Notes: generated from the sequence alone by a model not told the origin. Shown: positions 38,590 through 48,853, counted from the stretch's first letter. The stretch is 64,000 nucleotides of DNA from Bdellovibrio sp. ZAP7 (GCA_945900755.1 CAMDKS010000009.1:10702-74701); one strand, 5' to 3'. Made by a program: numbers and translations.

Positions 38590-38635
38590 AAGTAGTTTAA
38601 TTCAAATTTCTTGTTTAAATTTCTAACATATCATT

Positions 38636-39124
38636 CTATTTTTTGACCGGTTTAACGACGTAATAAAGAGTCACAATCGAAACAATGGTAGACAATCCTG
38701 CAAACCACATGGGTAGATCGGCCTTATACGTGCGATCCACAAATACATAATCATTGGCTTGTACTGGGGGACTCTTGGGACCGAGCAAATCAGCATAAAT
38801 TGATTTCCCACTGCGCAGTATTCGGATAGAGGAGAGGTCAGCTGTCTCTGAAGGACCGCCTGCGGCGCTTACGGATTGATGAAGATTGGATCCTATTGGC
38901 AAGAAATGCAAACCAGGCTCTCTCACATTACCCCAAATATTGACCGGCATCACCAAAGCGGCATCAGGCGAGGCCGAATAGTATTCGGCGTTGGATCGGG
39001 CAGGCACATTTAGGGGGCGGGTGTACAGTGGCTCAGTGTTTATTTCGGCATAGCAGACAGGCAAATTCGGCCCAAATCCAGTTAAAAAAATCAATAATAT
39101 TGCCAAAAAATGGTGATAATTCAT
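38636..39124 (-). CDS. polysaccharide-export-like protein: single SLBB domain plus C-terminal TM helix
   Basis: Signal peptide. VNIWGNVREPGLHFLPIGSNLHQSVSAAGGPSETADLSSIRILR..NDYVFV fits the SLBB beta-grasp pattern. C-terminal helix MWFAGLSTIVSIVTLYYVV. Confidence 0.65.
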   Translation of the reverse strand: MNYHHFLAILLIFLTGFGPNLPVCYAEINTEPLYTRPLNVPARSNAEYYSASPDAALVMPVNIWGNVREPGLHFLPIGSNLHQSVSAAGGPSETADLSSIRILRSGKSIYADLLGPKSPPVQANDYVFVDRTYKADLPMWFAGLSTIVSIVTLYYVVKPVKK

Positions 39125-39242
39125 ATGTTTTCCCTTGGGCGGCCTGCAAAGATCTATTGGTATAAAACTAACACAATTTTGCCCCGATTACTAGGATGTG
39201 AAAAAAATGGGTAAACTTTTCCTAGCGCCGACCGATATATAG

Positions 39243-40058
39243 ATGCGGGGAGCGAAAAATAATATGACGGCGAAAAAGCTAATTCAGCATAATAATATAG
39301 ACTACGTGGTTTACCTCGAGGAAAAACTCGGTAAGGTATCAGATCCACCAGAAATGTGGCTGCCACAAGTAGAACGAAATGCGAGACTTGGCCTTATTGA
39401 GCCCGAGTTACTATTGCAGGTGTTTTCGACTATTGAACTTTATTATAAATCTCGCCGGCATCAAAACTATGCCGTTATAAAGCGAATGGTAGATATTTGC
39501 CTAGCGCTCGCGATGTTACCCTTTGTCGTGGCTTTGTTCGGTATTGTTGCCATCGCCATAAAAATGGATTCAAAGGGGCCTGTGTTTTTTACTCAGACGA
39601 GAATTGGTTTTCTCGGCGCCCCGTTTACCATCTTGAAATTTCGCACCATGCATGGAGGCAGCGACTATATGTTGTCAGCCGTAATGGGTGATTCGAGTGG
39701 CGCCTATTTTAAAAAGACCAATGATGCTCGTGTGACAAGAGTCGGCAAAGTCCTACGCCGATGGAGCCTCGATGAAACTCCGCAGTTTCTCAATATTCTA
39801 TTTGGGTCCATGACATTTGTGGGGCCAAGGCCGCTGCCGAGTTATGACGTGGCAGCCATTCCCTATTCTTTGCTCGACCGATTTGCTGTGAGACCCGGAT
39901 TGACGGGGTTATGGCAGGTGACCGCTAGACATTCGACTGATGCCGAAAAAAATCTTTTAATCGACAAGGAGTACGTAGCAAACATGAGCTGGAAGTTGGA
40001 TTTATTCATTTTGGCGCAGACTCCCTGGGTTGTTTTAAAAGGTACTGGCGCGCGGTAA
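39243..40058 (+). CDS. initiating sugar-phosphate transferase (bacterial sugar transferase family, WbaP/EpsL type)
   Basis: KRMVDICLA..FFTQTRIG..FTILKFRTM..DETPQFLNILFGSMTFVGPRP. The start may be ATG 39264. Confidence 0.88.
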   Translation: MRGAKNNMTAKKLIQHNNIDYVVYLEEKLGKVSDPPEMWLPQVERNARLGLIEPELLLQVFSTIELYYKSRRHQNYAVIKRMVDICLALAMLPFVVALFGIVAIAIKMDSKGPVFFTQTRIGFLGAPFTILKFRTMHGGSDYMLSAVMGDSSGAYFKKTNDARVTRVGKVLRRWSLDETPQFLNILFGSMTFVGPRPLPSYDVAAIPYSLLDRFAVRPGLTGLWQVTARHSTDAEKNLLIDKEYVANMSWKLDLFILAQTPWVVLKGTGAR

Positions 40059-40090
40059 TTGATATAATGATCCAACGTCTGGTTTTTGAA

Positions 40091-40462
40091 TTACTCCCGT
40101 CGTCGAATTTTTCCAAAAACAAGCCTCTCAGTTTCCGATTGAGCGGCTTCCCAATCACCTCTAAAAGCGATGGCACGATCATCGATGTAAGCGTCGGCGA
40201 CGATTTTCGTTCCCAAATAAATAGAATCATAAGGTATCTCAAAATCGGTCAGAATTCGCTTGATGCCATCGATTACCGATTCCACATCACCATTTTGTTT
40301 GGCAATACCAATGCGACAGGTATGAATAATTATCGTGCAGCCCTTGTCCTTGAGATTTTGCAGGGCCCGAACAGCGCCTTTCTTTACGGCGCACGTCTCT
40401 GCGTCAATCCAATCGACGATTGTGTTGTCAAAATCCACCGCAATGACATGATTTCTGGTCAT
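40091..40462 (-). CDS. small HAD-superfamily-like hydrolase
   Basis: N-terminal DxDxT motif (AVDFDNTIV) and a late Asp pair (AYIDDRA). Confidence 0.55.
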   Translation of the reverse strand: MTRNHVIAVDFDNTIVDWIDAETCAVKKGAVRALQNLKDKGCTIIIHTCRIGIAKQNGDVESVIDGIKRILTDFEIPYDSIYLGTKIVADAYIDDRAIAFRGDWEAAQSETERLVFGKIRRRE

Positions 40463-40761
40463 AATATTTGCTTAGTTGCTTTCTGAGCCAAAACTAGCCG
40501 AAACTAAAACGGCAAATCCTGCTCCTGAGGTTTCTCTGTCATTGTACATCAAACGAAACGTTTCAATAAGGCTAATTATATTGGCTCAAATAATAATCAG
40601 TGCCCGACGTCGCTGCCGATAAAGGTTCGTCACAAATCCATTTATTCCGTCAGTGGTGGTGCCACGATTGCCGCCATGATGCAAACTCATATGACTGAAA
40701 ACATTATAAAGCGCGTTCGAGCATTAGGCCATACTGAATTATAATACTCATTTAGTAGATT

Positions 40762-41094
40762 TTAAAAATCGATGATCAAAATATTTCCTAAAATTATACC
40801 GCCAGCATCTGCTGCGAGATCGCCTCGATCCAGTTCCTTATCACCTTTGCGCCGCTTATCATCAACCTCTTTCGCGACACTTAAGGCGGTGACAATACCA
40901 GATGATAAAAGACGATTTTTCCAAGTAATATTATGTTTTGGATTTACAATTTGACCGCATCTTATCAATGCAGCCGTCGATACGGCAGCGAGCCCAAAGT
41001 GAGCAGCCTTATCCACCGGAATTATGTTTTGGGAAAACCCGGTTCTGCTGCACAGAATAAAAGCTATAAGAATTTTTAATTTCAAATTTCTCAT
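40762..41094 (-). CDS. small exported protein (possibly YfiM/DUF2279-like)
   Basis: Signal peptide. DKAAHFGLAAV and DLAADAGG motifs recall that family. Assignment is weak. Confidence 0.4.
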   Translation of the reverse strand: MRNLKLKILIAFILCSRTGFSQNIIPVDKAAHFGLAAVSTAALIRCGQIVNPKHNITWKNRLLSSGIVTALSVAKEVDDKRRKGDKELDRGDLAADAGGIILGNILIIDF

Positions 41095-41376
41095 CGGTTG
41101 ATTGTATCAGGGACAACATTTAGCGGCAATAGCACACGGCATAAAATACGTGTTACGCGCCAAGGAATTCAACCCCAAAACGTCCACTTTTGGACACCCT
41201 AGGCTCAACATTGACAAAATAAGGAAACTCGAAGATTATTAATTAGAGGCGTCGCTCCGCTCCGTTTAGGAGGGGGTCAAACTTGGTGAAATATCCGGGG
41301 TCAATCTCGTAAAATCCTCCAGACAAGATCTAATCTCTGGGCAAGCACCTCACAATACTCTTGTCTGGTAACATAA

Positions 41377-42948
41377 ATGAACGTCGGTTTAAACATCAAA
41401 GATTCAAAGACATCCATTGATCGGATACGAAGCATTGATTTCGTTTTGTTTTGCATAGTGTTTGTTGCTCTTTCGCTCCCACTTGTTCAAGGGGCGAGGC
41501 AAAGCTTTTGGATTGACGAAGGAGTAACGGTTAATGTCGCAAGAATGTCAACGTTAGAAGAAATATTCAAATTTTTTGCAAGCACAAAGGCATCTGAGCC
41601 ACAGCTGCCAGGATATTTTATCTATACTCACTTCTGGATAAAAGCCTTTGGAGATTCCGAGCTTTGCGCGCGCGCTTCAAATCTACCTTGGGTAGTCTTG
41701 CTTTCCTTTTGTTGGATCAGAATTAGCAAAATGTTAAATACTGATAAATTCGAGCACATATTGTTTTCAATCGCGATCGCATTCATGCCCTACCTTTCAT
41801 ACTTCGTTTATGAATTTCGACCTTACTTTGCATTTATTAGTTGCGGTGCCTTAGCTTTTTATGGGCTAATGCGACGAGACGGGGTAGGGGTTGCAATGAC
41901 TTCAATGGCGGTCTGTATTGCGACTTCATTGTCTCTCCTGGGATTTTTTGCAATTCCTGCAATCGTAGTTACTGAGATAATACTCTCGAAATTTGATTGG
42001 CCGACCCTATTCAGAAAATGGAAGATAGCGACGTTGCTTGTTTGTCCTTTTTTATGTGCGTTGGGCTTCTATTATGTGCAAACGATTTACACGGGTGCTG
42101 GTGGAATGCGATATCCTCCAACGCTAATTAATTTGGGTTCAATCTTTTATGAATTTTTAGGGCTATTGGGGCTTGGGCCAGCTCGAGAAGAGTTTCATGA
42201 TGCGAACCTTCTTCAGATATTCCGACCATATGCATCTAAATTAGCGTTCGTAATAATTTCATTTTTAGGGATTTTTGTATCATTTATCGGTCAACAAATT
42301 TTCACTTTCAAAACAGTTAGATCCAAATATTACAATAAAGAAAATCAACCATTTCTTGCGTCTTTTGTCTTTTCCAGCATTGGTATTTTTACACTATTTT
42401 TAATGGGTATTGTCGCTGAGTGGCAAGTTTTAGCGCGACATAACGCCATGTTTTTTATTGCATTCATAATTCCAATAGTTTTTTTAATCACAAAGTCATT
42501 GAAAGGAGTTTATGGGCGCTCTTGTAGGGCGTTTTCAGTTGCAATATTGATGTCATGGTTAACTTCAAGCTATAGGCTCAATTTAAGTTCCAACTATGAA
42601 CGAGATGATTATAGGGGGGCGGCAATTTTCGCTCAGCAGCTCAACTTTAAAGATAATAATCTTTTATTTACAGGCGATCCATTTACCTTTCAGTACTATT
42701 TGTCTAAATTCGTGCCCACATTGAGAGTTGATGACGTCAAATTTTTAAACAATTTGGATGCCGAATTATTAAAATCCAAAATAGGAAGTTTAGAACTTAA
42801 ACCAACTTTTATTTTCAAACACAAGCCTAAATATTATGACGTTAAAAATAGCCTTAAAGCCTATTTGGCCGAAGATAGAGACGCTCTCCTTGTTGCGAAA
42901 TTCAAAAGCTTTGAAATTTGGAAAATCAAATCAGGGCTCCGACAGTGA
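41377..42948 (+). CDS. GT-C fold glycosyltransferase (GT39/ArnT/PMT_2-like), polytopic membrane protein
   Basis: FWIDEGVTVNVA (the DE of the first periplasmic loop), QLPGYF..FG.SE..AR pattern, and many TM helices. Confidence 0.75.
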   Translation: MNVGLNIKDSKTSIDRIRSIDFVLFCIVFVALSLPLVQGARQSFWIDEGVTVNVARMSTLEEIFKFFASTKASEPQLPGYFIYTHFWIKAFGDSELCARASNLPWVVLLSFCWIRISKMLNTDKFEHILFSIAIAFMPYLSYFVYEFRPYFAFISCGALAFYGLMRRDGVGVAMTSMAVCIATSLSLLGFFAIPAIVVTEIILSKFDWPTLFRKWKIATLLVCPFLCALGFYYVQTIYTGAGGMRYPPTLINLGSIFYEFLGLLGLGPAREEFHDANLLQIFRPYASKLAFVIISFLGIFVSFIGQQIFTFKTVRSKYYNKENQPFLASFVFSSIGIFTLFLMGIVAEWQVLARHNAMFFIAFIIPIVFLITKSLKGVYGRSCRAFSVAILMSWLTSSYRLNLSSNYERDDYRGAAIFAQQLNFKDNNLLFTGDPFTFQYYLSKFVPTLRVDDVKFLNNLDAELLKSKIGSLELKPTFIFKHKPKYYDVKNSLKAYLAEDRDALLVAKFKSFEIWKIKSGLRQ

Positions 42949-42976
42949 CCGCCAATAAGTTAAACTAGGGTCTCGT

Positions 42977-43042
42977 ATGTATAAAACTCAAGATAACAAT
43001 TTTAATCTCATTCGATTCGCTCTTGCGACGTTGGTTATATAG
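42977..43042 (+). pseudogene. 21-codon remnant resembling the N-terminus of an acyltransferase-3 family gene
   Basis: MYKTQDNNFNLIRFALATLVI then stop. The N-x-F-x-L-I/L-R-F-x-A-x-x-L-V-I pattern is typical of acyltransferase_3 N-termini. The stop lies inside the left arm of the palindromic element. Confidence 0.4.
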
Positions 43043-43164
43043 AGCCTGTTCGGAGCTCTCTGAATCAAGGCGCGAGGAGTCGCAAAGGCGGAGTTTACTT
43101 CCGGAAAATGAGCATTTTCCGGCGACAAGCCACGCCGAGTCAGGGAACGCCGAACAGGCTCTAT
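43039..43164. repeat. 126-bp imperfect palindromic element with perfect 15-bp terminal inverted repeats
   Basis: ATAGAGCCTGTTCGG (43039-43053) and CCGAACAGGCTCTAT (43150-43164). The apical hairpin is TTCCGGAAAAT-GAGC-ATTTTCCGG. The element abuts the stop codon of the 43165 gene. Confidence 0.7.
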
Positions 43165-44529
43165 TTAGAATACAATCTCATTTTTGACCCTGCTTTGCTG
43201 CTCCTGGCCGCAATTTGTAAAGCGTATCTCTAAAATTATAAATAGGCAAAATAGCAATGGACCTCGGCTTGGGACCTCGAGAATATCAGCAGTCATTGCC
43301 AACGCAAGCGCGAGCAATCGAATGATGCCCAGCGTCGGATGAATGGATTTCGAGGTCCTAAAATAGTACCATCCATAAATCAGTAAACCCACTAGACCTG
43401 TTTTCATTACAATTTGGACGATAATATTGTGCGCAGCTCTGACCACTCCAAGTTGCTCAGATCCAGATAGACCCAAAGTTTTGATTCCAAGAAATTTCGA
43501 ATTCATAAAATTATGGCCGGGAAACTCACCAAACAGAACATCATTCCACGTTGTGAGTTTTAGCAAGGCACTATTCCAAATCTCGGCGCGCCATATTGCT
43601 GTACCCGTGTGGTATGTTTTGTCTATTCCTACAGCACTGAGTCCAAAGTTCAGTACTTCAACGCTTGCCGTGAGTAGCCATTTCACTTCGCCTAAGTAAA
43701 TTACCACTAGAACAAGGGAAGCAAATACACTCATCCGCATTGGTGAGTGCCATTTGCTAAGCGTCTGTCTATGACGGAAGAGAAAAGGTAGCATTAAAAC
43801 GGAAACCATGAGTGTTTTGTAATCGGTAAGGAAGCTAAGTACGCACAAAAACACCGCACTACCCAAATTTAACTGCCCATTTGGGTTTTTTAGTGAAAAA
43901 TATCCGGCCAGAAAAAGTACTATGGCGCCGTCGCGATATTTGCTGACGAAAATAGGCACCATAGATGCACTCATGAGTGGCGCACCAATAATAAGTAAAA
44001 CACGGATCCAACACGCATAGATCGTTATATCTATGTATCGTCTAGGAAAATTACGGGGAAAGAAACGCAGAAACAGAAGATAGTAAAGCCATGCTAAATC
44101 GCGAATTGCAAAAAATGGATCCCGCTTCAATAGAAGGCCACCGACAAAGTAAAAGCCGATAACTGCGATAAGAAAGTAATCATGAAATGTAAGGCGGCGA
44201 AGATTTGCAAGAATCATGGAAACAAGCACGGCCTCGGTTATGTAGATAGGGCCAACGCTAATATATGCAAAATTTTTGTCAAATATAATAACCCCGACTA
44301 GCCAAAAAAGGGTTAGCGCGTGCACAAATGAATTGCCGACAACTAGGCCCGCAGCCTGGTCCTGCATCGGATTCAGTCTAGGCTGTGCAACAATATTCAC
44401 AAAGACCCCCCCTGTGTCATGTATTTCGACAATACCAAAAAATTCTTTAGTTAGGCTTAGGCGAGCTCTAGCCGTAGAAGCATATAATACATATAAAAAG
44501 AACGGCAGAACTGCCGTCATTTCAGACAT
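43165..44529 (-). CDS. O-antigen ligase/polymerase-like membrane protein (Wzy_C domain)
   Basis: At least 10 TM helices. A large loop is followed by RAAHNIIVQIVMKTGLVGLLIYGWYYF, typical of the Wzy_C family. Confidence 0.8.
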   Translation of the reverse strand: MSEMTAVLPFFLYVLYASTARARLSLTKEFFGIVEIHDTGGVFVNIVAQPRLNPMQDQAAGLVVGNSFVHALTLFWLVGVIIFDKNFAYISVGPIYITEAVLVSMILANLRRLTFHDYFLIAVIGFYFVGGLLLKRDPFFAIRDLAWLYYLLFLRFFPRNFPRRYIDITIYACWIRVLLIIGAPLMSASMVPIFVSKYRDGAIVLFLAGYFSLKNPNGQLNLGSAVFLCVLSFLTDYKTLMVSVLMLPFLFRHRQTLSKWHSPMRMSVFASLVLVVIYLGEVKWLLTASVEVLNFGLSAVGIDKTYHTGTAIWRAEIWNSALLKLTTWNDVLFGEFPGHNFMNSKFLGIKTLGLSGSEQLGVVRAAHNIIVQIVMKTGLVGLLIYGWYYFRTSKSIHPTLGIIRLLALALAMTADILEVPSRGPLLFCLFIILEIRFTNCGQEQQSRVKNEIVF

Positions 44530-44807
44530 CTACATGACATCCCAAGTGAGTCAGTTTTCCCGTGGTGACAACTGATTTTGCCTGGCAAAAATGGCCGCCA
44601 TTTCTATGCCGCTCTCGTTAGCATGGGCTCCTCCACATGAGCAGCCGGAGATTTGTTAGCAATTGAAGAATGATGGCCTAAATTCGCTAAGGCGTCCCCA
44701 AAAAAACCGACTCAACACTTCAATCATATTCACAAATCTGGTAAGATATATCAAAGAAGAGCATCTCACGGACTCTCAAAACCGGCCTGATCAGAAGGAA
44801 GCACAGG

Positions 44808-46253
44808 ATGCGCATTTCAACGATCATCGTAAACACATCCCTCGCCATGATTTTTGCGACCTCGACGGCCTTCGCTCGTGTGCCAAAAACCGAAGGCACA
44901 AAACTCATCATCAGCGTCAAATCAACGGAAGACCAAAAAGAAGACTGCGGAGTCGTTCGTTCGTCATTATTTGCCCTGATCAAGAATCAGTTGCGCTTTG
45001 TACCGCGCGTGACGGGACCAGCAGCATTTTCGCTGGAAGTGCGCTGCTCTGCCGGTAATCTGGCGGGACGATTTTTTATGACGAATGGCAAAGATAGTGC
45101 CGTAAACATTGCGGTGTTTGATCTGGCTTTGTCCGATCAAAAGACCATGAAGTCACCAAGTACGGTCGCGGAGCTTTGGGCAAAAATTGTGGAGAAGCTT
45201 CCCTGGTCGGGCGAGATCTTGACACTCAACAAAGCCGAACCTCCCGCCGACAGGCCCAGAATTGAGGGCAATGTTGATCTGCGCGCCAAAGGCATTGTGT
45301 CCATGGGTTTAGACTCAAATAATCTACTTGGTGCCTGCATCCCGCTTGAAATTGGCTCGATCACCACTTTGCCGGATGGCAGCGGAGTGACCTTCAAAAC
45401 GGAGTATCCCGGACTTCTGCGAGAAGTGGATTCGTTTCAATCTAGGCTGGAGATTTACGCGCTCAACGAGAAGATCAATCTGCAAAAAATTTACGTCGTT
45501 CGCCTCGGCGATCCCGCAAAGCAACCCAAAGGCATGGGTGAAGCTGTGAAGTATTGTCAAAGTAAGCCCAATGCGGCCGCACCCACCAAGGTTGCAGATC
45601 TTATGTCAGAGGTTTTTGGCAAGGATTTTATTGAAGTTAATAATATTAAGCAGCGTTATGGGGCAGCATTCACGGTGATCCGTGGAACTAACGGCGCAAA
45701 AGCCAACGCCTTAGCTGCGGCCTACATTCATAATCGACTTTTATTTGGTGGAAATTTCATGATTGATGCGTTTGCCCTGCGCAGCCTTTATTCAAAACCA
45801 TGGAATTTTTCTGCCTTGACAGAATTAGCCCCACCAGAAGTTACTGCGGCAGAGGTTTTTGTGACCACAAGTGCCAGATTTGGCCGATTCTCAGGTTTTA
45901 TCGGACTTGGCTTGACCATCGACAAAACCAACCTTCCCTATAACCAGGTTACCCCTGATGGCTCAGGCGTATCACACACTAATCAGCGGACTGCATTTAC
46001 GCGCGGTGGTGCCATTATCGGAACAAATACAGATCTTAGTAGCCGATTTGAATACGCGCTTCGCATACCGGTGTCTCAGCGCAACGGTAACGTCTATATA
46101 GATTTTCACAATATGCTCAGTTACAGACTTTCCGCCACATGGACAACAGGTGCGGATCTGATGGTTATCAAAACCTCAGCAAGAGAGCCGGGAGCACCCA
46201 GTGCCGTGGTTACAGCCCTCGGCATGTTTTTAGGCGTTGAGGTTGGCAAATAA
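44808..46253 (+). CDS. hypothetical secreted protein, beta-rich C-terminal half (possible outer-membrane barrel)
   Basis: Signal peptide MRISTIIVNTSLAMIFATSTAFA. Alternating hydrophobic patterns occur in the last ~200 aa. No terminal aromatic residue. Confidence 0.5.
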   Translation: MRISTIIVNTSLAMIFATSTAFARVPKTEGTKLIISVKSTEDQKEDCGVVRSSLFALIKNQLRFVPRVTGPAAFSLEVRCSAGNLAGRFFMTNGKDSAVNIAVFDLALSDQKTMKSPSTVAELWAKIVEKLPWSGEILTLNKAEPPADRPRIEGNVDLRAKGIVSMGLDSNNLLGACIPLEIGSITTLPDGSGVTFKTEYPGLLREVDSFQSRLEIYALNEKINLQKIYVVRLGDPAKQPKGMGEAVKYCQSKPNAAAPTKVADLMSEVFGKDFIEVNNIKQRYGAAFTVIRGTNGAKANALAAAYIHNRLLFGGNFMIDAFALRSLYSKPWNFSALTELAPPEVTAAEVFVTTSARFGRFSGFIGLGLTIDKTNLPYNQVTPDGSGVSHTNQRTAFTRGGAIIGTNTDLSSRFEYALRIPVSQRNGNVYIDFHNMLSYRLSATWTTGADLMVIKTSAREPGAPSAVVTALGMFLGVEVGK

Positions 46254-46427
46254 GCACCGTAATTTGCCTGTATTTCCGCCATGATTCAGCCCACACGAAG
46301 AAATTAAATCAATAATTATATATAGTTACGTAAAATTCGCGGAAGGAGCTCCTAATAGCGACTATTTCCGCTAAAAATAGCTAAATATCCGTGCAAATAC
46401 GCCGATAGGGTTGATACGAGGGACTCA

Positions 46428-47486
46428 ATGCGACCAAAGCTGCACATGATTCAGCACATCACGATCTTGGTGATTGTCATTGATTTCCTATTCTCAAAAA
46501 CTAATTTTGCTCTGGCCAAAATCGCACCCAGGCAGCAATCACCTACACAAACAACCCAAAAGAGTTCCGTATCGATAAGCGTGACGGAAGGGGCAAAGAT
46601 CTGCACCATGAAAAGCTTTAAGCTTCCGGAACAGCTTGAACGTTTACCGATTCAACTCAATTGGCAAAAAGCAGAAAATGGAGATTCAAATAAATTTGAC
46701 ATAAAGATCATTGCGAGGCGAATGATCGACAATGGGTATGCATCTAAGTTTGAGGGCCGCATTGACTACGGCCTACTTGAGGTGAATTTAAAAGTTGATC
46801 GACTGATTGGTTATAGATCCGGCAATCAATTTGGATTCACAAGCATTCCTGCATCTTTGGAATTCAGCGCTTGGCCACCCAATCAGCCTCCTGACAAAAC
46901 TTACAACCAGGGCCCCATAAATATAGAACTTTGCTCGTTTGGCGATCTTGCTCCAGGCGCTTATCAAGTCGCCATGAAAAACATACCACAGGATCAACCC
47001 GCAAACACATCCTGGTTTCCGTGGGATCCAGCACCGATTGATGCTCCATACGGATTATTGGTGCGTTCGACAACCGTATTACAAAGCCTGTCGAGCCTCC
47101 TAGCCAGCGTTGAATCATTTCGCATATTGACCGCGCGCTTCAGCGTCTCGGGCGAAGGTGTTTTCTTGATCAAAGATGGTGAAATCATCGCGAAGTTTCG
47201 CAATGTGGATCCCGACGCCAATGAGATCTCAAAGCTTAAACAAGCCGTCGGGGCGACGATCACATTCGCCGGTAAAGGCGAATCATGGCAAACGCTTAGA
47301 GGCTCATTTCCTGAACGAATGATGACCATTGATACCGCCCTACGAAGTCGTGAAAGGGTATATATTTTTACTCAAAATCGGATTATTGATGTCTCCATTA
47401 GTGATATCAAAGAAAAGGCGATGGTTATTCGGGCGACTTTACTGGGAGCGGAAGGATTTTTTACCGACAGCGTGGAACTAAAGTGA
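46428..47486 (+). CDS. hypothetical secreted or membrane-anchored protein
   Basis: 352-aa ORF with an N-terminal hydrophobic segment. No recognisable motif. Confidence 0.5.
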   Translation: MRPKLHMIQHITILVIVIDFLFSKTNFALAKIAPRQQSPTQTTQKSSVSISVTEGAKICTMKSFKLPEQLERLPIQLNWQKAENGDSNKFDIKIIARRMIDNGYASKFEGRIDYGLLEVNLKVDRLIGYRSGNQFGFTSIPASLEFSAWPPNQPPDKTYNQGPINIELCSFGDLAPGAYQVAMKNIPQDQPANTSWFPWDPAPIDAPYGLLVRSTTVLQSLSSLLASVESFRILTARFSVSGEGVFLIKDGEIIAKFRNVDPDANEISKLKQAVGATITFAGKGESWQTLRGSFPERMMTIDTALRSRERVYIFTQNRIIDVSISDIKEKAMVIRATLLGAEGFFTDSVELK

Positions 47487-47743
47487 CATCCTCACCGCTG
47501 CACTGCCGCAAGGCCATAATCCATGGTTTAGCAGGTTGTAGTGCAATTACTGTCGGTTTTAGGCGGCTGTTAACAGTTATTGTTTTGCGCCGCTTGCTTG
47601 TGGGAGCCTAAATCGATTAGACTTAACTGTGTGGCGATGGCAGGGGTGAAAAGTAATGTGAACTTGGTAAACTTTGATTTTTCACACCACGGATCAGTAT
47701 TTGGCGAAACTAGATGTATGCATTTGATTAAAGGAGCCGTCAC

Positions 47744-48853
47744 GTGAATTTAAAGCGATCTCCACACTCAAATGATTTCGAAACACCGTGCTTTTCAGAT
47801 TTTTTGGCGACCAAGAAATTTGCAGGTTTGGATGGCATCAGAGGCATTGCAGTTGTGGGCACAATTTTCTCCCACGCACCAAATCACGAAATTTGGAGCC
47901 CCCTTAACGGCCAGTCTGGTGTAGTAGCTTTTTTTGTTTTGAGCGGATTTTTAATAACGACCCTCGCAAGTAGAGAAGAATTGGAATACGGTTTTTTGAA
48001 TTTTCGAGCCTTTTTTATCAGAAGAGCCTTTAGGCTTTTTCCAGCTTACTATCTGGTGCTTGGTCTCTATTGCATTTTCATTTTTGGATTTAATCAAAAA
48101 GGCGACCGGTCGGCTGCTGAGTTTAAAGAATCGTTGTGGCATTTTGTCTTTTATTTACAGGAATATGCCCGAGGATCGAGCTACTACCAAACCTGGTCCC
48201 TCGGGATTGAAGAAAAATTCTATTTAGTGTGGCCACTTGTTGCTTTTGGACTTTGCCGCGGCCTCTATCTAAGGTGGATATGGGCATTCACAACTGTATT
48301 TAGTCTGATCGTATTAACTTCATTTTTTTTGAACCAATTTCAACCGTTCCCATATTTTAGTCTCTTAATGGGCTCATTGGCTGCTGTTCTACTTGGCGCT
48401 GAATCAACGTACAATATAGTTGTGCCAATGTTACGCCGATTTGCATTGCCGTGTTTAGCAGCCCTGATCTCATGTCATTTTATTGCACCACATTATCGAG
48501 AAAGCACGGTACTCATAGTTGTGACGCCGATCTTTATGGCTTGTGTACTGATCAGCATCGTGACAGGTGGTTTGCAAAAATTACTTGGAATTCTCGAGTT
48601 GCCTCTATTGGTGCGACTTGGAAAATATTCGTATTTTATCTACCTTATCCACCTTTTAGTGAAAAATTTTGTTGTAAAATTTCAGCCCTCAGCTGGCAAT
48701 GTTTGGATTGATTCATTTGTGACAATTATTTTCACGGTAGCGTTGAGCTATTCAAGCGCGTCATTGGTTTTTAGATATTTTGAAGAGCCACTAATTAATC
48801 TGGGACGCAAATTTTCGAACCGGTATCGAGGATCTCTGCCACCAGTCTATTAA
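47744..48853 (+). CDS. acyltransferase family 3 (O-acyltransferase) membrane protein
   Basis: GTG start behind AAGGAG. LDGIRGIAVVGTIFSH, SGFLIT, about 10 TM helices. Confidence 0.88.
   Translation: MNLKRSPHSNDFETPCFSDFLATKKFAGLDGIRGIAVVGTIFSHAPNHEIWSPLNGQSGVVAFFVLSGFLITTLASREELEYGFLNFRAFFIRRAFRLFPAYYLVLGLYCIFIFGFNQKGDRSAAEFKESLWHFVFYLQEYARGSSYYQTWSLGIEEKFYLVWPLVAFGLCRGLYLRWIWAFTTVFSLIVLTSFFLNQFQPFPYFSLLMGSLAAVLLGAESTYNIVVPMLRRFALPCLAALISCHFIAPHYRESTVLIVVTPIFMACVLISIVTGGLQKLLGILELPLLVRLGKYSYFIYLIHLLVKNFVVKFQPSAGNVWIDSFVTIIFTVALSYSSASLVFRYFEEPLINLGRKFSNRYRGSLPPVY

Noticed and set aside
40529-40738. ~70-codon open frame (..VSGGATIAAMMQTHMTENIIKRVRALGHTEL) in the HAD / small-lipoprotein intergenic region
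   Set aside because: There is no in-frame canonical start until the last 20 codons, no SD, and no motif I can recognise. It may be a gene remnant, but I cannot support that.
43039-43164. Palindromic element considered as SRP (4.5S) RNA, a retron msr/msd or a tRNA-like gene
   Set aside because: It has no GGAA tetraloop or the asymmetric loop motifs of SRP domain IV. There is no reverse transcriptase nearby, as a retron would require, and no cloverleaf. It is kept only as a repeat or hairpin element.
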